From: Massilia sp.
Lineage (GTDB): Bacteria > Pseudomonadota > Gammaproteobacteria > Burkholderiales > Burkholderiaceae_D
Assembly (NCBI RefSeq): GCF_031995545.1
Contig: NZ_DAMAGA010000008.1
Span: 27,818 to 91,817 of the forward strand
DNA: 64,000 nt
Reading direction: 5' to 3'
In this document: positions 9,544 to 18,941 of the stretch, piece by piece
Layout: each line of letters begins with the position of its first letter
Position numbering within the stretch: position 1 is the stretch's first letter
Position numbers and translations under genes: made by a program
The notes under the pieces: model-generated
Database searches by the model: none
The model's input: the letters and a program-made list of their open reading frames with translations, nothing else
What the model was told of the DNA's origin: nothing

Positions 9544-10347
9544 ATGCAATCGAGCAACGCACGACTTCTTAGCGGTAAAACGGCACTCGTCACCGGTTCC
9601 ACCTCGGGCATCGGCCTTGGCATGGCGCGCGCGCTGGCCGGGCAAGGCGCCAACATCGTGTTCAACGGCTTCGGCGACGCCCAGCAGATCGAAAAGCTGT
9701 ACACCGACACCGGCAGCGAGTTCGGCGTACAGACCGCCTACCACAACGCCGACATGTCCAAGCCGGACGAGATCGCCGCCATGATGGCGTACGCGGCCGA
9801 GAAGTTCGGCGGCGTCGACATCCTGGTCAACAACGCCGGCATCCAGCACGTAGCGGCGGTCGAGGACTTCCCGCCCGAGCGCTGGGACGCGATCATCGCC
9901 ATCAACCTCAGCTCGGCCTTCCACACCACGCGCCTGGCGCTGCCGGGCATGAAGCAGAAGGGTTGGGGCCGCATCATCAACCTGGCCTCGGTGCATGGGC
10001 TGGTCGGGTCGGCGCAGAAGTCGGCCTACGTCGCGGCCAAGCACGGGCTGGTCGGCTTCACCAAGGTCACGGCGCTGGAAACGGCCCAGACCGGGATCAC
10101 CTGCAACGCGATCTGCCCGGGCTGGGTGCTCACGCCACTGGTGCAGAAGCAGGTCGACGACCGCGCGGCGCGTGAAGGGCTGGATAATGACGCGGCGCGC
10201 AAGGCGCTGCTGATGGAAAAGCAGCCGTCGGGCGAGTTCGTCACGCCCGATGAACTGGGGGCGCTGGCGGTGTTCTTCTGCAGCCCGGCGGCGGACCAGG
10301 TGCGCGGTGTGGCGTGGAATATGGATGGAGGCTGGGCCGCACAATAA
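9544..10347 (+). CDS. bdhA: 3-hydroxybutyrate dehydrogenase (SDR)
   Basis: TGSTSGIGLGMARALAGQGANIVFNGFGD, NNAGIQHV and YVAAKHG (YxxxK) give the classic BDH signature. 267 aa. Confidence 0.92.
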   Translation: MQSSNARLLSGKTALVTGSTSGIGLGMARALAGQGANIVFNGFGDAQQIEKLYTDTGSEFGVQTAYHNADMSKPDEIAAMMAYAAEKFGGVDILVNNAGIQHVAAVEDFPPERWDAIIAINLSSAFHTTRLALPGMKQKGWGRIINLASVHGLVGSAQKSAYVAAKHGLVGFTKVTALETAQTGITCNAICPGWVLTPLVQKQVDDRAAREGLDNDAARKALLMEKQPSGEFVTPDELGALAVFFCSPAADQVRGVAWNMDGGWAAQ

Positions 10348-10515
10348 GCATGCTTGTACCCGGTCCCGCCGCGCCCGGCACGGCTGCGGGACCGCGTGCG
10401 CACTGGTGGTTTTCCACAATCCCATACTGCACTGCAGCATGCGGAAATCCACAATAGCCCGCTTGCAGCGATTGGGCCACCATGACACTACCACCAACCT
10501 CGTTGAAGAGTTGTC

Positions 10516-11817
10516 ATGAAAAAGCCTTTCTATAAAATCCTGTATGTCCAGGTGCTGTTCGCCATCGTTCTCGGCGTACTGCTCGGGGTGTTCTACCCCG
10601 AACTGGGCACCGCGATGAAGCCATTGGGAGACGGCTTCATCAAACTGATCAAGATGATCATCGCCCCCGTGATCTTCTGTACCGTCGTCGCCGGCATCGC
10701 CGGGATGCAGGACATGAAGAAGATCGGCCGCGTCGGCGGCAAGGCGCTGCTGTATTTCGAAGTCGTCTCGACCTTCGCCCTGGCCATCGGCCTGGTCGTG
10801 GCCAACCTGGCCAAGCCGGGCGCCGGCTTCAACGTCGATCCGGCCCACCTCGACACCAGCGCGATCGCCCAGTACACCAAGCAGGCGCACGGCCAGAGCA
10901 CGGTCGACTTCCTGATGCACATCATCCCGAACACCTTCGTGGATGCCTTCGCCACCGGTAACATCCTGCAGGTGCTGCTGGTCGCCATCCTGTTCGGCTT
11001 CGCGCTGTCGATGATGGGCGAACGCGGCCGTCCGGTGACCAAGTTCATCGACGACATCTCGCACGTGATCTTCGGCATCGTCAACATCATCATGAAGGTC
11101 GCTCCGCTGGGCGCGTTCGGCGCCATGGCCTTCACCATCGGCAAATACGGCATCGCTTCGCTGCTGCCGCTGGCCAAGCTGATGGGTTCGTTCTACCTGA
11201 CCTGCGCGCTGTTCGTGTTCGTCGTGCTGGGCCTGATCGCCAAGTTCACCGGCTTCTCGATCTTCAAGTTCATCAAGTACATCAAGGAAGAACTGCTGAT
11301 CGTGCTGGGCACCTCGTCGTCGGAAAGCGCCCTGCCGAACCTGATGCGCAAGCTGGAACGCCTGGGCTGCTCCAAGCCAGTCGTCGGCCTGGTGGTCCCG
11401 ACCGGCTACTCGTTCAACCTGGACGGCACCAACATCTACATGACGATGGCGGCGCTGTTCGTTGCGCAGGCAACCAACACCGACCTGACCCTGACCCAGG
11501 AACTGACCATCCTGCTGGTGGCGATGCTGACCTCGAAGGGCGCATCGGGCATCACCGGCGCCGGCTTCATCACCCTGGCCGCGACCCTGGCCGTGGTGCC
11601 GACGATTCCGGTGGCCGGCATGGCGCTGATCCTGGGCATCGACCGCTTCATGAGCGAAGCGCGCGCCCTGACCAACTTCGTCGGCAACGGTGTCGCCACC
11701 GTGGTCGTGTCGAAGTGGGAAAAGGAACTCGACAGCCAGCGCATGGACGACGTCCTGAATGGCCGCATCGAAGTGACCGATGACAAAGGCCTGGTGCCGG
11801 TGAAAGAAGCGGCTTGA
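10516..11817 (+). CDS. dctA: C4-dicarboxylate/cation symporter DctA (DAACS family)
   Basis: [14 protein letters not shown]..., [22 protein letters not shown] and [11 protein letters not shown] are canonical DctA motifs. 433 aa. Confidence 0.93.
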   Translation: MKKPFYKILYVQVLFAIVLGVLLGVFYPELGTAMKPLGDGFIKLIKMIIAPVIFCTVVAGIAGMQDMKKIGRVGGKALLYFEVVSTFALAIGLVVANLAKPGAGFNVDPAHLDTSAIAQYTKQAHGQSTVDFLMHIIPNTFVDAFATGNILQVLLVAILFGFALSMMGERGRPVTKFIDDISHVIFGIVNIIMKVAPLGAFGAMAFTIGKYGIASLLPLAKLMGSFYLTCALFVFVVLGLIAKFTGFSIFKFIKYIKEELLIVLGTSSSESALPNLMRKLERLGCSKPVVGLVVPTGYSFNLDGTNIYMTMAALFVAQATNTDLTLTQELTILLVAMLTSKGASGITGAGFITLAATLAVVPTIPVAGMALILGIDRFMSEARALTNFVGNGVATVVVSKWEKELDSQRMDDVLNGRIEVTDDKGLVPVKEAA

Positions 11818-11837
11818 TCGCTTCCAGCACTTTCCTC

Positions 11838-11870
11838 AAAAAACCGTGCCCGCGTGGCACGGTTTTTTTT
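11838..11870 (+). terminator. Rho-independent terminator after dctA
   Basis: aaaaaaccgtgcc-cgcgt-ggcacggtttttttt: a GC stem followed by a T8 run. Confidence 0.75.
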
Positions 11871-11916
11871 CGCCCTGACGCGGCTTATGCGCAGCGCATG
11901 AAGTGCAGGACTTTTG

Positions 11917-11952
11917 TAGACAAGTTGATCTAGACAAGATACTCTAGGTCTA
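11917..11952 (+). promoter_or_regulatory. Candidate BlaI-family operator upstream of the blaI-like gene
   Basis: TAGACAAG direct repeat at 11917 and 11931, and an inverted pair TAGAC(11931)-N12-GTCTA(11948), 23-58 nt upstream of the ATG at 11975. Confidence 0.3.
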
Positions 11953-11974
11953 TCCAGACTATACGAGGCCCGTC

Positions 11975-12358
11975 ATGCCGCGCTCCCCCGACTCTCCCAA
12001 GCCGACCCCGGCCGAACTCGACCTGCTGCAAGTGTTGTGGCCACTGAGCTCGGCCACCGCCAAGCAGGTGCACGAAGCGATGCTGGAAACGCGGCCCGAC
12101 GTCACCTACGCCACCGTGCTGCGCCTGATGCAGGTCATGCACGGCAAGGGCTTGCTGCTGCGCGACGAAAGCGAGCGGTCGCACGTCTACACGCCGGCCT
12201 ACGAGCGCGACGCCCTGCAAAGCAACCTGCTGCAGGACCTGATGCAGCGCGCCTTCTCCGGCTCGGCCAAGGCGCTGGTGCTGGCGGCCTTGAAAAGCGG
12301 CATCTCCAAGAAGGAACGCGCCGAGATCGAACAGCTGCTGCGCGAGGACAAGGAGTGA
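11975..12358 (+). CDS. BlaI/MecI/CopY family transcriptional repressor
   Basis: 127 aa. N-terminal winged helix (ELDLLQVLWPLSSATAKQVHEAM...TYATVLRLMQVMHGKGLL) and a C-terminal dimerisation helix. GTGA overlap with the downstream M56 peptidase gene. Confidence 0.88.
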   Translation: MPRSPDSPKPTPAELDLLQVLWPLSSATAKQVHEAMLETRPDVTYATVLRLMQVMHGKGLLLRDESERSHVYTPAYERDALQSNLLQDLMQRAFSGSAKALVLAALKSGISKKERAEIEQLLREDKE

Positions 12359-13659
12359 CCGGCGCCGGCTTCGTCGAAGCGGTCGGCTGGACGCTGCTCA
12401 ATTTCACCTGGCAAGGGGCGCTGATCGCCTGTGAGACCGCGCTCCACCTGGTGCTGCTGCGTAACGCCAGCCCGCAATCACGTTATGCAGTCGCCTGTAC
12501 CGGCCTGCTGCTGTGCCTGCTGTGGCCGCTCGCCTCGCTGTGGATGCGCCTGAGCGGCGGCAGCGCCGCGGATGGCGGCGTCGCGCTGATGCTGGTCGGT
12601 GCCGGCGCCGGCTCGCCTGCCGACCTCGGCTGGAGCGGCGTGCTCGGCATGAACCTGGCGTGGATCGTCGGCGCCTGGGCGCTGTGCGCGCTGTTGCTGG
12701 CACTGCGCATGGTCGCGGGTCTGCTGTGGGTGAAACGGGCGGCGGCACATGAAGCGCGCGATCCGGCCTGGCAGGTGCGTCTCGACCGCCTGGCGGCCCA
12801 GTTCGGGCTCAGGCGGCAAGTACGCCTGCGCATCGTCGCCAACCTCTCCAGCCCGGTGACGGCCGGCTGGTGGCGCCCGGTGGTGCTGGTGCCGGCATCG
12901 CTGGTCACGACCATGCCCGCACACCTGCTGGAAGCGCTGCTGGCGCATGAGCTGGCCCACATCCGGCGCCATGACTACCTGGTCAACCTGATCCAGAACG
13001 CGATCGAGGCGCTGCTGTTCTACCACCCGGCAGTCTGGTGGCTCTCGCGCCGCATCCGCGCCGAGCGCGAACTGATCGCCGACCAACTCGCGGCCGGACA
13101 ACTGGGCGAACCGCGGCGCCTGGCCCTGGCCCTTTCTGAACTGGAAAAACTCCAGTTTTCAACCACCCGACTGGCCCAGGCGGCCAATGGAGGAGATCTG
13201 ATGTCACGCATTAAGCAACTGGTACGTCCCGAGTCGCAATCGCTCAACTGGAAGGCGGCGCTTCCGGTCATCGGCTTCGCCCTGGCCGCCCTGGCCGGCT
13301 GCGCCCAGCAGCAGCCGGCCAAAGTCCAGCAAGACGCCACCGCCATGAACATGGGGCCGATGAAGATCCACGCCAAGGTCATCGAGACCGACGCGGTGGC
13401 CGACTTCAATTCCTGCCCGCGGCCGGTGTACCCGGCGGTGGCCCTGCAAAACAAGGTCGAAGGCACGGTGTCGCTCGGCTTCCTGATCGGCGCCAACGGC
13501 CGCGTGCTCGATACCACGCTGCGCGAGTCGAGCGGCGACGCTTCGCTCGACCAGGCGGCGCGCATCGCCCTGGCCAAGTGCAGCTTCAAGCCGGCGACCG
13601 TGAACGGCACGCCGATCGACCGCTGGACCGACGTCAAATACGTGTGGGCAGCGCACTGA
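12355..13659 (+). CDS. BlaR1-like M56 family metallopeptidase with a C-terminal TonB_C domain
   Basis: GTG 12355 overlaps the blaI-like stop. Multi-pass N-terminus, zinc motif LAHELAHIRRHD (HExxH), then a C-terminal PVYPAVALQNKVEGTVSLGFLIGANGRV...SSGDASLD...VKYVW that matches the TonB C-terminal fold signature. Confidence 0.85.
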   Translation: MTGAGFVEAVGWTLLNFTWQGALIACETALHLVLLRNASPQSRYAVACTGLLLCLLWPLASLWMRLSGGSAADGGVALMLVGAGAGSPADLGWSGVLGMNLAWIVGAWALCALLLALRMVAGLLWVKRAAAHEARDPAWQVRLDRLAAQFGLRRQVRLRIVANLSSPVTAGWWRPVVLVPASLVTTMPAHLLEALLAHELAHIRRHDYLVNLIQNAIEALLFYHPAVWWLSRRIRAERELIADQLAAGQLGEPRRLALALSELEKLQFSTTRLAQAANGGDLMSRIKQLVRPESQSLNWKAALPVIGFALAALAGCAQQQPAKVQQDATAMNMGPMKIHAKVIETDAVADFNSCPRPVYPAVALQNKVEGTVSLGFLIGANGRVLDTTLRESSGDASLDQAARIALAKCSFKPATVNGTPIDRWTDVKYVWAAH

Positions 13660-13817
13660 TGGCACACGGGAATGGCGGCGCCGGCGTTTTCGCCGGCGCC
13701 GCCGTCAGATAGTTCGATGCGGTATCCTATGCGGACGCTACCATCGCGTCGGCCCCGGCGCTCGCCGGTGTCGAATGAACTTCGCCGCTCCCAGCGGCGA
13801 TCACCGCTGGAGAATCG

Positions 13818-14225
13818 ATGTCACGCTTCATCACCCTGGCTTTGTCGCGCGCCGCTGCGCGCGGCTGGACGGCCGCTCTTTCCATCTGCGCGATCACGGT
13901 CAGCGGCTGCGCGCAGACGCCCCACTCGGCCAGCACGGTTGCGCCCCCGGTCCTGCGCACCGCGCTCATTCCCGCCAGCTGCAGCAAGCCGGTCTATCCG
14001 CCGCAGGCGCTGGCGCGCAAGATCGAAGGCACGTCCATCATCCAGTTCCTGCTCAGCGCGCAAGGCAAGGTGCTCGAATCGCGGGTGCAGAAGTCGAGCG
14101 GCGACGCCTCGCTGGACGAGGCGGTGCGCAGCGCCATGTCGGCGTGCCGGTTCACGCCGCCGATGCACCAGGGCGAACCGGTCCAGGCCTGGACTTCCCT
14201 GGAATACGTCTGGAAAGCCGACTGA
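13818..14225 (+). CDS. Stand-alone TonB C-terminal-domain lipoprotein
   Basis: Lipobox AITVSG|C. PVYPPQALARKIEGTSIIQFLLSAQGKV...SSGDASLD...LEYVW aligns by eye with the C-terminus of the preceding BlaR1-like protein. Confidence 0.75.
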   Translation: MSRFITLALSRAAARGWTAALSICAITVSGCAQTPHSASTVAPPVLRTALIPASCSKPVYPPQALARKIEGTSIIQFLLSAQGKVLESRVQKSSGDASLDEAVRSAMSACRFTPPMHQGEPVQAWTSLEYVWKAD

Positions 14226-14251
14226 GCGCACGTCGAAGCAGGCACGGCCAT

Positions 14252-14285
14252 AAAAAAAGCGCCGGATCGCCGGCGCTTTTTCATG
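14252..14285. terminator. Bidirectional rho-independent terminator
   Basis: aaaaaaagcgccgg-atcg-ccggcgctttttt, with A/T runs on both sides. Lies between convergent genes ending at 14225 (+) and 14300 (-). Confidence 0.75.
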
Positions 14286-14299
14286 CGGATTTGCGTCGA

Positions 14300-14950
14300 T
14301 CAGACCGCTGACGTATCCAGCTCGCAGCCGGTTGCAGCCACGACCTGTTCGCGCGTCACGCCCGGCGCCAGCTCCACCAGCTTCAGGCCGCCTTCGACGA
14401 CGTCGATCACGCCCAGGTCGGTAATGATGCGATCGACCACGCCGACGCCGGTCAGCGGCAGGTCGCACTTCTTGAGGATCTTGTGGCTGGTCGAACCGTC
14501 CTTGGCCGTGGCCACGTGCTCCATCACCACCACCACACGCTTGACGCCGGCGACCAGGTCCATCGCGCCGCCCATGCCCTTTACCATCTTGCCGGGGATC
14601 ATCCAGTTGGCCAGGTCGCCTTGTTCCGACACCTGCATCGCGCCCAGGATGGCGAGGTTGATCTTGCCGCCGCGGATCATGCCGAAGGAATCGGCCGAGC
14701 TGAAATAGGCCGAGCCCGGCAGCGCGGTAACGGTCTGCTTGCCGGCGTTGATCAGGTCGGCGTCGATCTCTTCTTCGGTCGGGAACGGGCCGATGCCGAG
14801 CAGCCCGTTCTCGGATTGCAGGAACACCTCGACGTCGTTGGGGACGTAGTTCGCCACCAGGGTCGGCAGGCCGATCCCCAGGTTCACGTAGAAGCCGTCC
14901 TGCAGCTCCCTGGCCGCGCGCGCGGCCATTTCATCACGAGTCCATGCCAT
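14300..14950 (-). CDS. scoB: 3-oxoacid CoA-transferase subunit B
   Basis: [30 protein letters not shown] and LQSENGLLG (catalytic Glu region). 216 aa. Confidence 0.93.
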   Translation of the reverse strand: MAWTRDEMAARAARELQDGFYVNLGIGLPTLVANYVPNDVEVFLQSENGLLGIGPFPTEEEIDADLINAGKQTVTALPGSAYFSSADSFGMIRGGKINLAILGAMQVSEQGDLANWMIPGKMVKGMGGAMDLVAGVKRVVVVMEHVATAKDGSTSHKILKKCDLPLTGVGVVDRIITDLGVIDVVEGGLKLVELAPGVTREQVVAATGCELDTSAV

Positions 14951-14971
14951 GTCTTGTCTCCGAATGTGTTC

Positions 14972-15673
14972 TCAGTTAGCAGTACGGACCGTACGCTGCT
15001 CGATGCGTTTTTCCGGCGTCGGGTTGTGCACGATGCGGTGCACGAAGATGCTGGGCGTGTGCACCTGGTCGGGATCGATCTCGCCGATCTCGACCAGCTT
15101 CTCGACTTCGACGATGCAGACCTTGCCGGCCATGGCCACGTTCGGATTGAAGTTGCGTGCGGTCTTGCGGAACACCAGGTTGCCGGCGCGGTCGGCCATG
15201 TACGCCTTGACCAGCGACACGTCGGGGGTCAGCGCGCGCTCCATCACGTAGTGCTCGCCGTCGAACTCGCGCGTTTCCTTGCCTTCGGCGACCACCGTGC
15301 CGTAGCCGGTCTTGGTGAAGAAGGCCGGGATGCCGGCGCCGCCGGCGCGCAGCTTCTCGGCCAGCGTGCCCTGCGGCGTGAATTCGAGTTCCAGCTCGCC
15401 GGCCAGGAACTGGCGCGCGAACTCCTTGTTCTCACCCACGTAGGACGAGATCATCTTCTTGATCTGGCGCGTTTCCAGCAGCTGGCCAAGGCCGAAGCCG
15501 TCCACGCCGGCGTTGTTGGAAATGGCGGTCAGGTTCTTGACGCCCGAATCGCGCAGCGCAGCGATCAGGGCCTCGGGGATGCCGCACAGGCCGAAGCCGC
15601 CCACGGCGATGGTCTGGCCGTCCTGCACGATACCGGCCAGGGCCGATTGCGCGTCTGGATATACTTTATTCAT
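14972..15673 (-). CDS. scoA: 3-oxoacid CoA-transferase subunit A
   Basis: [30 protein letters not shown]. 233 aa. Lies 21 nt upstream of scoB. Confidence 0.93.
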   Translation of the reverse strand: MNKVYPDAQSALAGIVQDGQTIAVGGFGLCGIPEALIAALRDSGVKNLTAISNNAGVDGFGLGQLLETRQIKKMISSYVGENKEFARQFLAGELELEFTPQGTLAEKLRAGGAGIPAFFTKTGYGTVVAEGKETREFDGEHYVMERALTPDVSLVKAYMADRAGNLVFRKTARNFNPNVAMAGKVCIVEVEKLVEIGEIDPDQVHTPSIFVHRIVHNPTPEKRIEQRTVRTAN

Positions 15674-15798
15674 ACCCGTCCCTTTTATAAATGAAGCGTT
15701 AGCTCTTCTGCAATACCGAGTAAACTCTCAGCATAGAATACGAACAACCCGAGCACAATACCGTAGAACTACGGCCCGTCCCAACGGGCGCGCCCTCC

Positions 15799-16401
15799 AT
15801 GAACACAGCTGTCGATCTGCCTCAGATGAATTTACCGCGCGATATCGCCAACGGCGCCGACATCGACTACGAAATGATTTTCCAGCACGCGCCGGTCGGC
15901 ATGTGCGTCTCGCGCGACCGCGTAATCCAGACCTGCAACGGCGCGCTGGCGGCCATGTTCGGCTACCCGCCGGCACGGCTGCACGGGCAGTCGTTCAGCG
16001 TACTGTACCCCACCATGGATGAGTTCCTGCGCACGGGCGACCGCATCATCCCGATCATGAACGCCAAAGGCCGCTACTCGGACGAGCGCATCATGCGCCG
16101 CGCCAACAGCGAGCTGTTCTGGTGCCACGTGACCGGACGCGCGCTCGACCCGAACGAGCCGCTCGGTGCAGGCGTGTGGACCTTCGAGGATGTGAGCGAA
16201 AAGCGCCCGGTGACGGCGGAACTGACGCCGCGCGAGCGCGAGATCGCGGCGCTGCTGGTCGAGGGCAAGACCAGCAAGGTGATCGCGCGCGATGCGGGCC
16301 TGAGTCCGCGCACGGTGGAGATGCATCGGGCCAGCCTGATGCGCAAGTTCTCGGCATCGACCTCGTCGGAGCTGGTCAACAAGCTGGTCGGAAACCGCTG
16401 A
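15799..16401 (+). CDS. PAS-domain / LuxR-type HTH transcriptional regulator
   Basis: N-terminal PAS (FQHAPVGMCVS...WCHVTGRAL...VWTFEDVS). C-terminal LTPREREIAALLVEGKTSKVIARDAGLSPRTVEMHR. Divergent from scoAB. Confidence 0.85.
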   Translation: MNTAVDLPQMNLPRDIANGADIDYEMIFQHAPVGMCVSRDRVIQTCNGALAAMFGYPPARLHGQSFSVLYPTMDEFLRTGDRIIPIMNAKGRYSDERIMRRANSELFWCHVTGRALDPNEPLGAGVWTFEDVSEKRPVTAELTPREREIAALLVEGKTSKVIARDAGLSPRTVEMHRASLMRKFSASTSSELVNKLVGNR

Positions 16402-16558
16402 TCAGGCAGCGCTGTTCATGCGGACAGGATCGTGTCCGCACGTTCTTGCGCATGCGGCGATACCAGAAATCGCATTTCATGCAATACCCATTGTCACAAT
16501 CAGCGGTTTGTGCAAAGATCGGCTACGCCTGACTTCAACGCACCCGACAGAGGACGCC

Positions 16559-16879
16559 ATGGATCAGATGGACGCAGTCGACGTTTCCTATCTCGCCTAC
16601 ATCAAGCCGGTCCGGGGCGCGGTATGCGGCCCGCACGGCTCGCGCCTGCTCTATTACCGCAACACGCACCCGAGCGTGACCCTGACGATCACGATCGACA
16701 ACTGGTGGCTGTACGAAGGCCGGGTCGCGCGCGAGCCGCGCAAGACGGTCACGCTGGCGCCGAACCTGCACGCCCATCCGCACGTGGTCGATCCGAACGA
16801 CGTGCTCATGGGCTGCCCGATCCCGGGTCCGACGCTGCAGCAATTTCACTGGGACGTGCTGTCGGCCGTACCGGCCTGA
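16559..16879 (+). CDS. Hypothetical small protein (106 aa)
   Basis: Internal ATG (MDQMDAVDVSY...). No recognisable motif. Kept because composition is non-repetitive and it fills the gap between the regulator and the lyase. Confidence 0.4.
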   Translation: MDQMDAVDVSYLAYIKPVRGAVCGPHGSRLLYYRNTHPSVTLTITIDNWWLYEGRVAREPRKTVTLAPNLHAHPHVVDPNDVLMGCPIPGPTLQQFHWDVLSAVPA

Positions 16880-16899
16880 ATCGGCCTGAACTGGCACCG

Positions 16900-18459
16900 T
16901 CAGCGGTAGAGCGGCCAGGCCTGGTCGCGCATCCGTTCCAGCAAGCGCTGCAGGTCGAGGTCGAGCCGCCGGTCGTCGAGCACCGGTGCGATGTCGTCTT
17001 CCAGCACCGCCATCATCACGGCCAGTGCCGGCGGCAAGGCGCGCTGCGGATCGACGCGGCAACGCAGCCATGCACCCTGACGCACCGCGATCAAGAGCGC
17101 CGCCGCCACCTGCTCCGTGAGTTCGAGCACGCGCAGGCAGTCGCGCGCGGCGATGGTGCCCATGCTGACCTTGTCCTGGTTGTGGCACTCGGTCGAGCGC
17201 GAGAACACCGAGGCCGGCATGGTCAGCTTGAGCGCTTCCGCCGTCCACGCCGACACGCTGATCTGCAGCGCCTTCAGGCCGTGGCTGATCGCGGCGCGCT
17301 CGCCTTGCATGGCGGACAGGTTGGGCGGCAAGCCGTTGCTGTAGCGGGTGTCGACCAGCAGCGCCAGCTGGCGGTCCAGCAGGTCGGCCAGGTTGGCCAC
17401 CGCGTTCTTCATGCCGTCCATCGCGAACGCAATGTGGCCGCCGTAGAAATGGCCGCCGTGCAGCACGCGCTCGCCGTCGGCATCGATGATCGGGTTGTCG
17501 TTGGCGCTGTTGAGCTCATTCTCGATCTGGGTGCGGAAAAACGGCAGCGCATCGGCCAGCACGCCGATCACGTGCGGCGCGCAGCGGATCGAATAGCGGT
17601 CCTGCAGACGCCGGCCGTTGCGTTCGACCTGTTCCGTGCTGCCCAGGTCGTGGCGCAACCAGGCCGCCACGTCCTGCATGCCGGCGTGCGGCTTGACCGC
17701 GAACAGCGTGGCGTCGAAATGGTGGGCGTTGCCGTCCAGCGCGAACGAGGCCAGCGCCGTGATGCGGGTGGCCAGGCGCGCCAGGTACTCGGCGCGGTCC
17801 CACGCAAGGCAGGCCAGCCCGGTCATCACGGCGGTACCGTTCATGATCGCCAGCCCTTCCTTTGGACGCAGGCGCAGTGGCGCGATGCCGGCCTCGGCCA
17901 GGGCCTGGGCTGCGGGCAAGTGCGCGCCGTCGCGCCACACCTCGCGCTCGCCGCACAGCACCGCCGCCAGATACGACAGCGGCGTCAGGTCACCGCTGGC
18001 GCCGACCGAACCTTCGCTCGGGATCAGCGGCAGCAGGCCGGCGTCGAACAGGCGCACGATCTGCTCCAGCAAGCCGACGCTGACGCCCGAGTAACCCTTG
18101 CACAGCGAGGCCAGGCGCGCCGCCATCACCGCGCGCGTCTGCTCCGGGGCTAGAAACGCGCCGAGGCCGCAGCCGTGGTAGGTATACAGCTGGCGCGGCA
18201 GTTCGGGCATCAGCTCGGGCGGCACGGCCACGGTGCATGAGTCGCCGTAGCCGGTGGTCACGCCATAGATGACGCCATCCTCGCGCAGCAGGCGGTCGAG
18301 GAAGTCGGCGCCGCGCGCGATGGCGACGCGAAACGCCAGGTCGCTCGATAACGCCGGCCGCGCGACGCCGCGCGCGATGGCGACGACGTCGTCCAGGCTC
18401 AGGCGTTCGCGGTCGAAACGGACGGTGCGGAGGTTGTGCGTGCCGGCGGCCGCACTCAT
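16900..18459 (-). CDS. Aromatic amino acid/histidine ammonia-lyase family enzyme (MIO-dependent)
   Basis: MIO-forming GSVGASGDLTPLSY, and YGVTTGYGD near the N-terminus. Start at the internal ATG 18459, which overlaps the upstream stop as ATGA. Substrate (His, Tyr or Phe) cannot be decided by eye. Confidence 0.87.
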   Translation of the reverse strand: MSAAAGTHNLRTVRFDRERLSLDDVVAIARGVARPALSSDLAFRVAIARGADFLDRLLREDGVIYGVTTGYGDSCTVAVPPELMPELPRQLYTYHGCGLGAFLAPEQTRAVMAARLASLCKGYSGVSVGLLEQIVRLFDAGLLPLIPSEGSVGASGDLTPLSYLAAVLCGEREVWRDGAHLPAAQALAEAGIAPLRLRPKEGLAIMNGTAVMTGLACLAWDRAEYLARLATRITALASFALDGNAHHFDATLFAVKPHAGMQDVAAWLRHDLGSTEQVERNGRRLQDRYSIRCAPHVIGVLADALPFFRTQIENELNSANDNPIIDADGERVLHGGHFYGGHIAFAMDGMKNAVANLADLLDRQLALLVDTRYSNGLPPNLSAMQGERAAISHGLKALQISVSAWTAEALKLTMPASVFSRSTECHNQDKVSMGTIAARDCLRVLELTEQVAAALLIAVRQGAWLRCRVDPQRALPPALAVMMAVLEDDIAPVLDDRRLDLDLQRLLERMRDQAWPLYR

Positions 18460-18920
18460 TGCGCCGCTGCCGCCGGCAGCGCCGCGCGCAGCGAATCCGG
18501 CAGCGGCGCCGACTTGCCGATCTTGAAGTCGACCCACACCACCTTGGCCGTGCCTTCGGCGTGCACCGCGCCCGCTTCGCCATCGGCGCCGACCAGGCGG
18601 ATCTCGTGCGACACCTCGACGCTCGAGCGGCCCGGCGGCGAGACGAAGGTGCGCACCTCGATGTCGCCCGGATAGGTCAGCTGCCGGATGAAGTTCATCG
18701 AGGCACTGACGATCACCGGCCCCTGCCCGTCCGGGTTGAGCAGGCCGCCGACCTGCTCCAGCCAGGCGATGCGGGCCGACTCGATGTAGCGGAAATAATT
18801 GGTGTTGTTGACGTGGCCCATGGCGTCCATGTCGCCCCAGCGGATCGACATGCGCATGGTGTGCACGAGTTGTGGAACCTGGTTCGGTGCTGCGTTTGCT
18901 GCGGACTGCTCACTGCTCAT
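18456..18920 (-). CDS. Acyl-CoA thioesterase, 4HBT/YbgC-like hotdog fold
   Basis: RWGDMDAMGHVNNTNYFRYIE, the catalytic Asp region of 4HBT-type thioesterases. 154 aa. Confidence 0.85.
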   Translation of the reverse strand: MSSEQSAANAAPNQVPQLVHTMRMSIRWGDMDAMGHVNNTNYFRYIESARIAWLEQVGGLLNPDGQGPVIVSASMNFIRQLTYPGDIEVRTFVSPPGRSSVEVSHEIRLVGADGEAGAVHAEGTAKVVWVDFKIGKSAPLPDSLRAALPAAAAQ

Positions 18921-18941
18921 TGCTTGTCTCTGTTCTTGAAA

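Noticed and set aside
16900-18459. A functional link between the ammonia-lyase (possible TAL/PAL) and the LuxI synthase, which would imply an aryl-homoserine-lactone signal.
   Set aside because: The genes are ~30 kb apart with unrelated genes between them, and no CoA ligase is present. The lyase substrate and the acyl-donor preference of the LuxI enzyme cannot be judged by eye. This is pure speculation.
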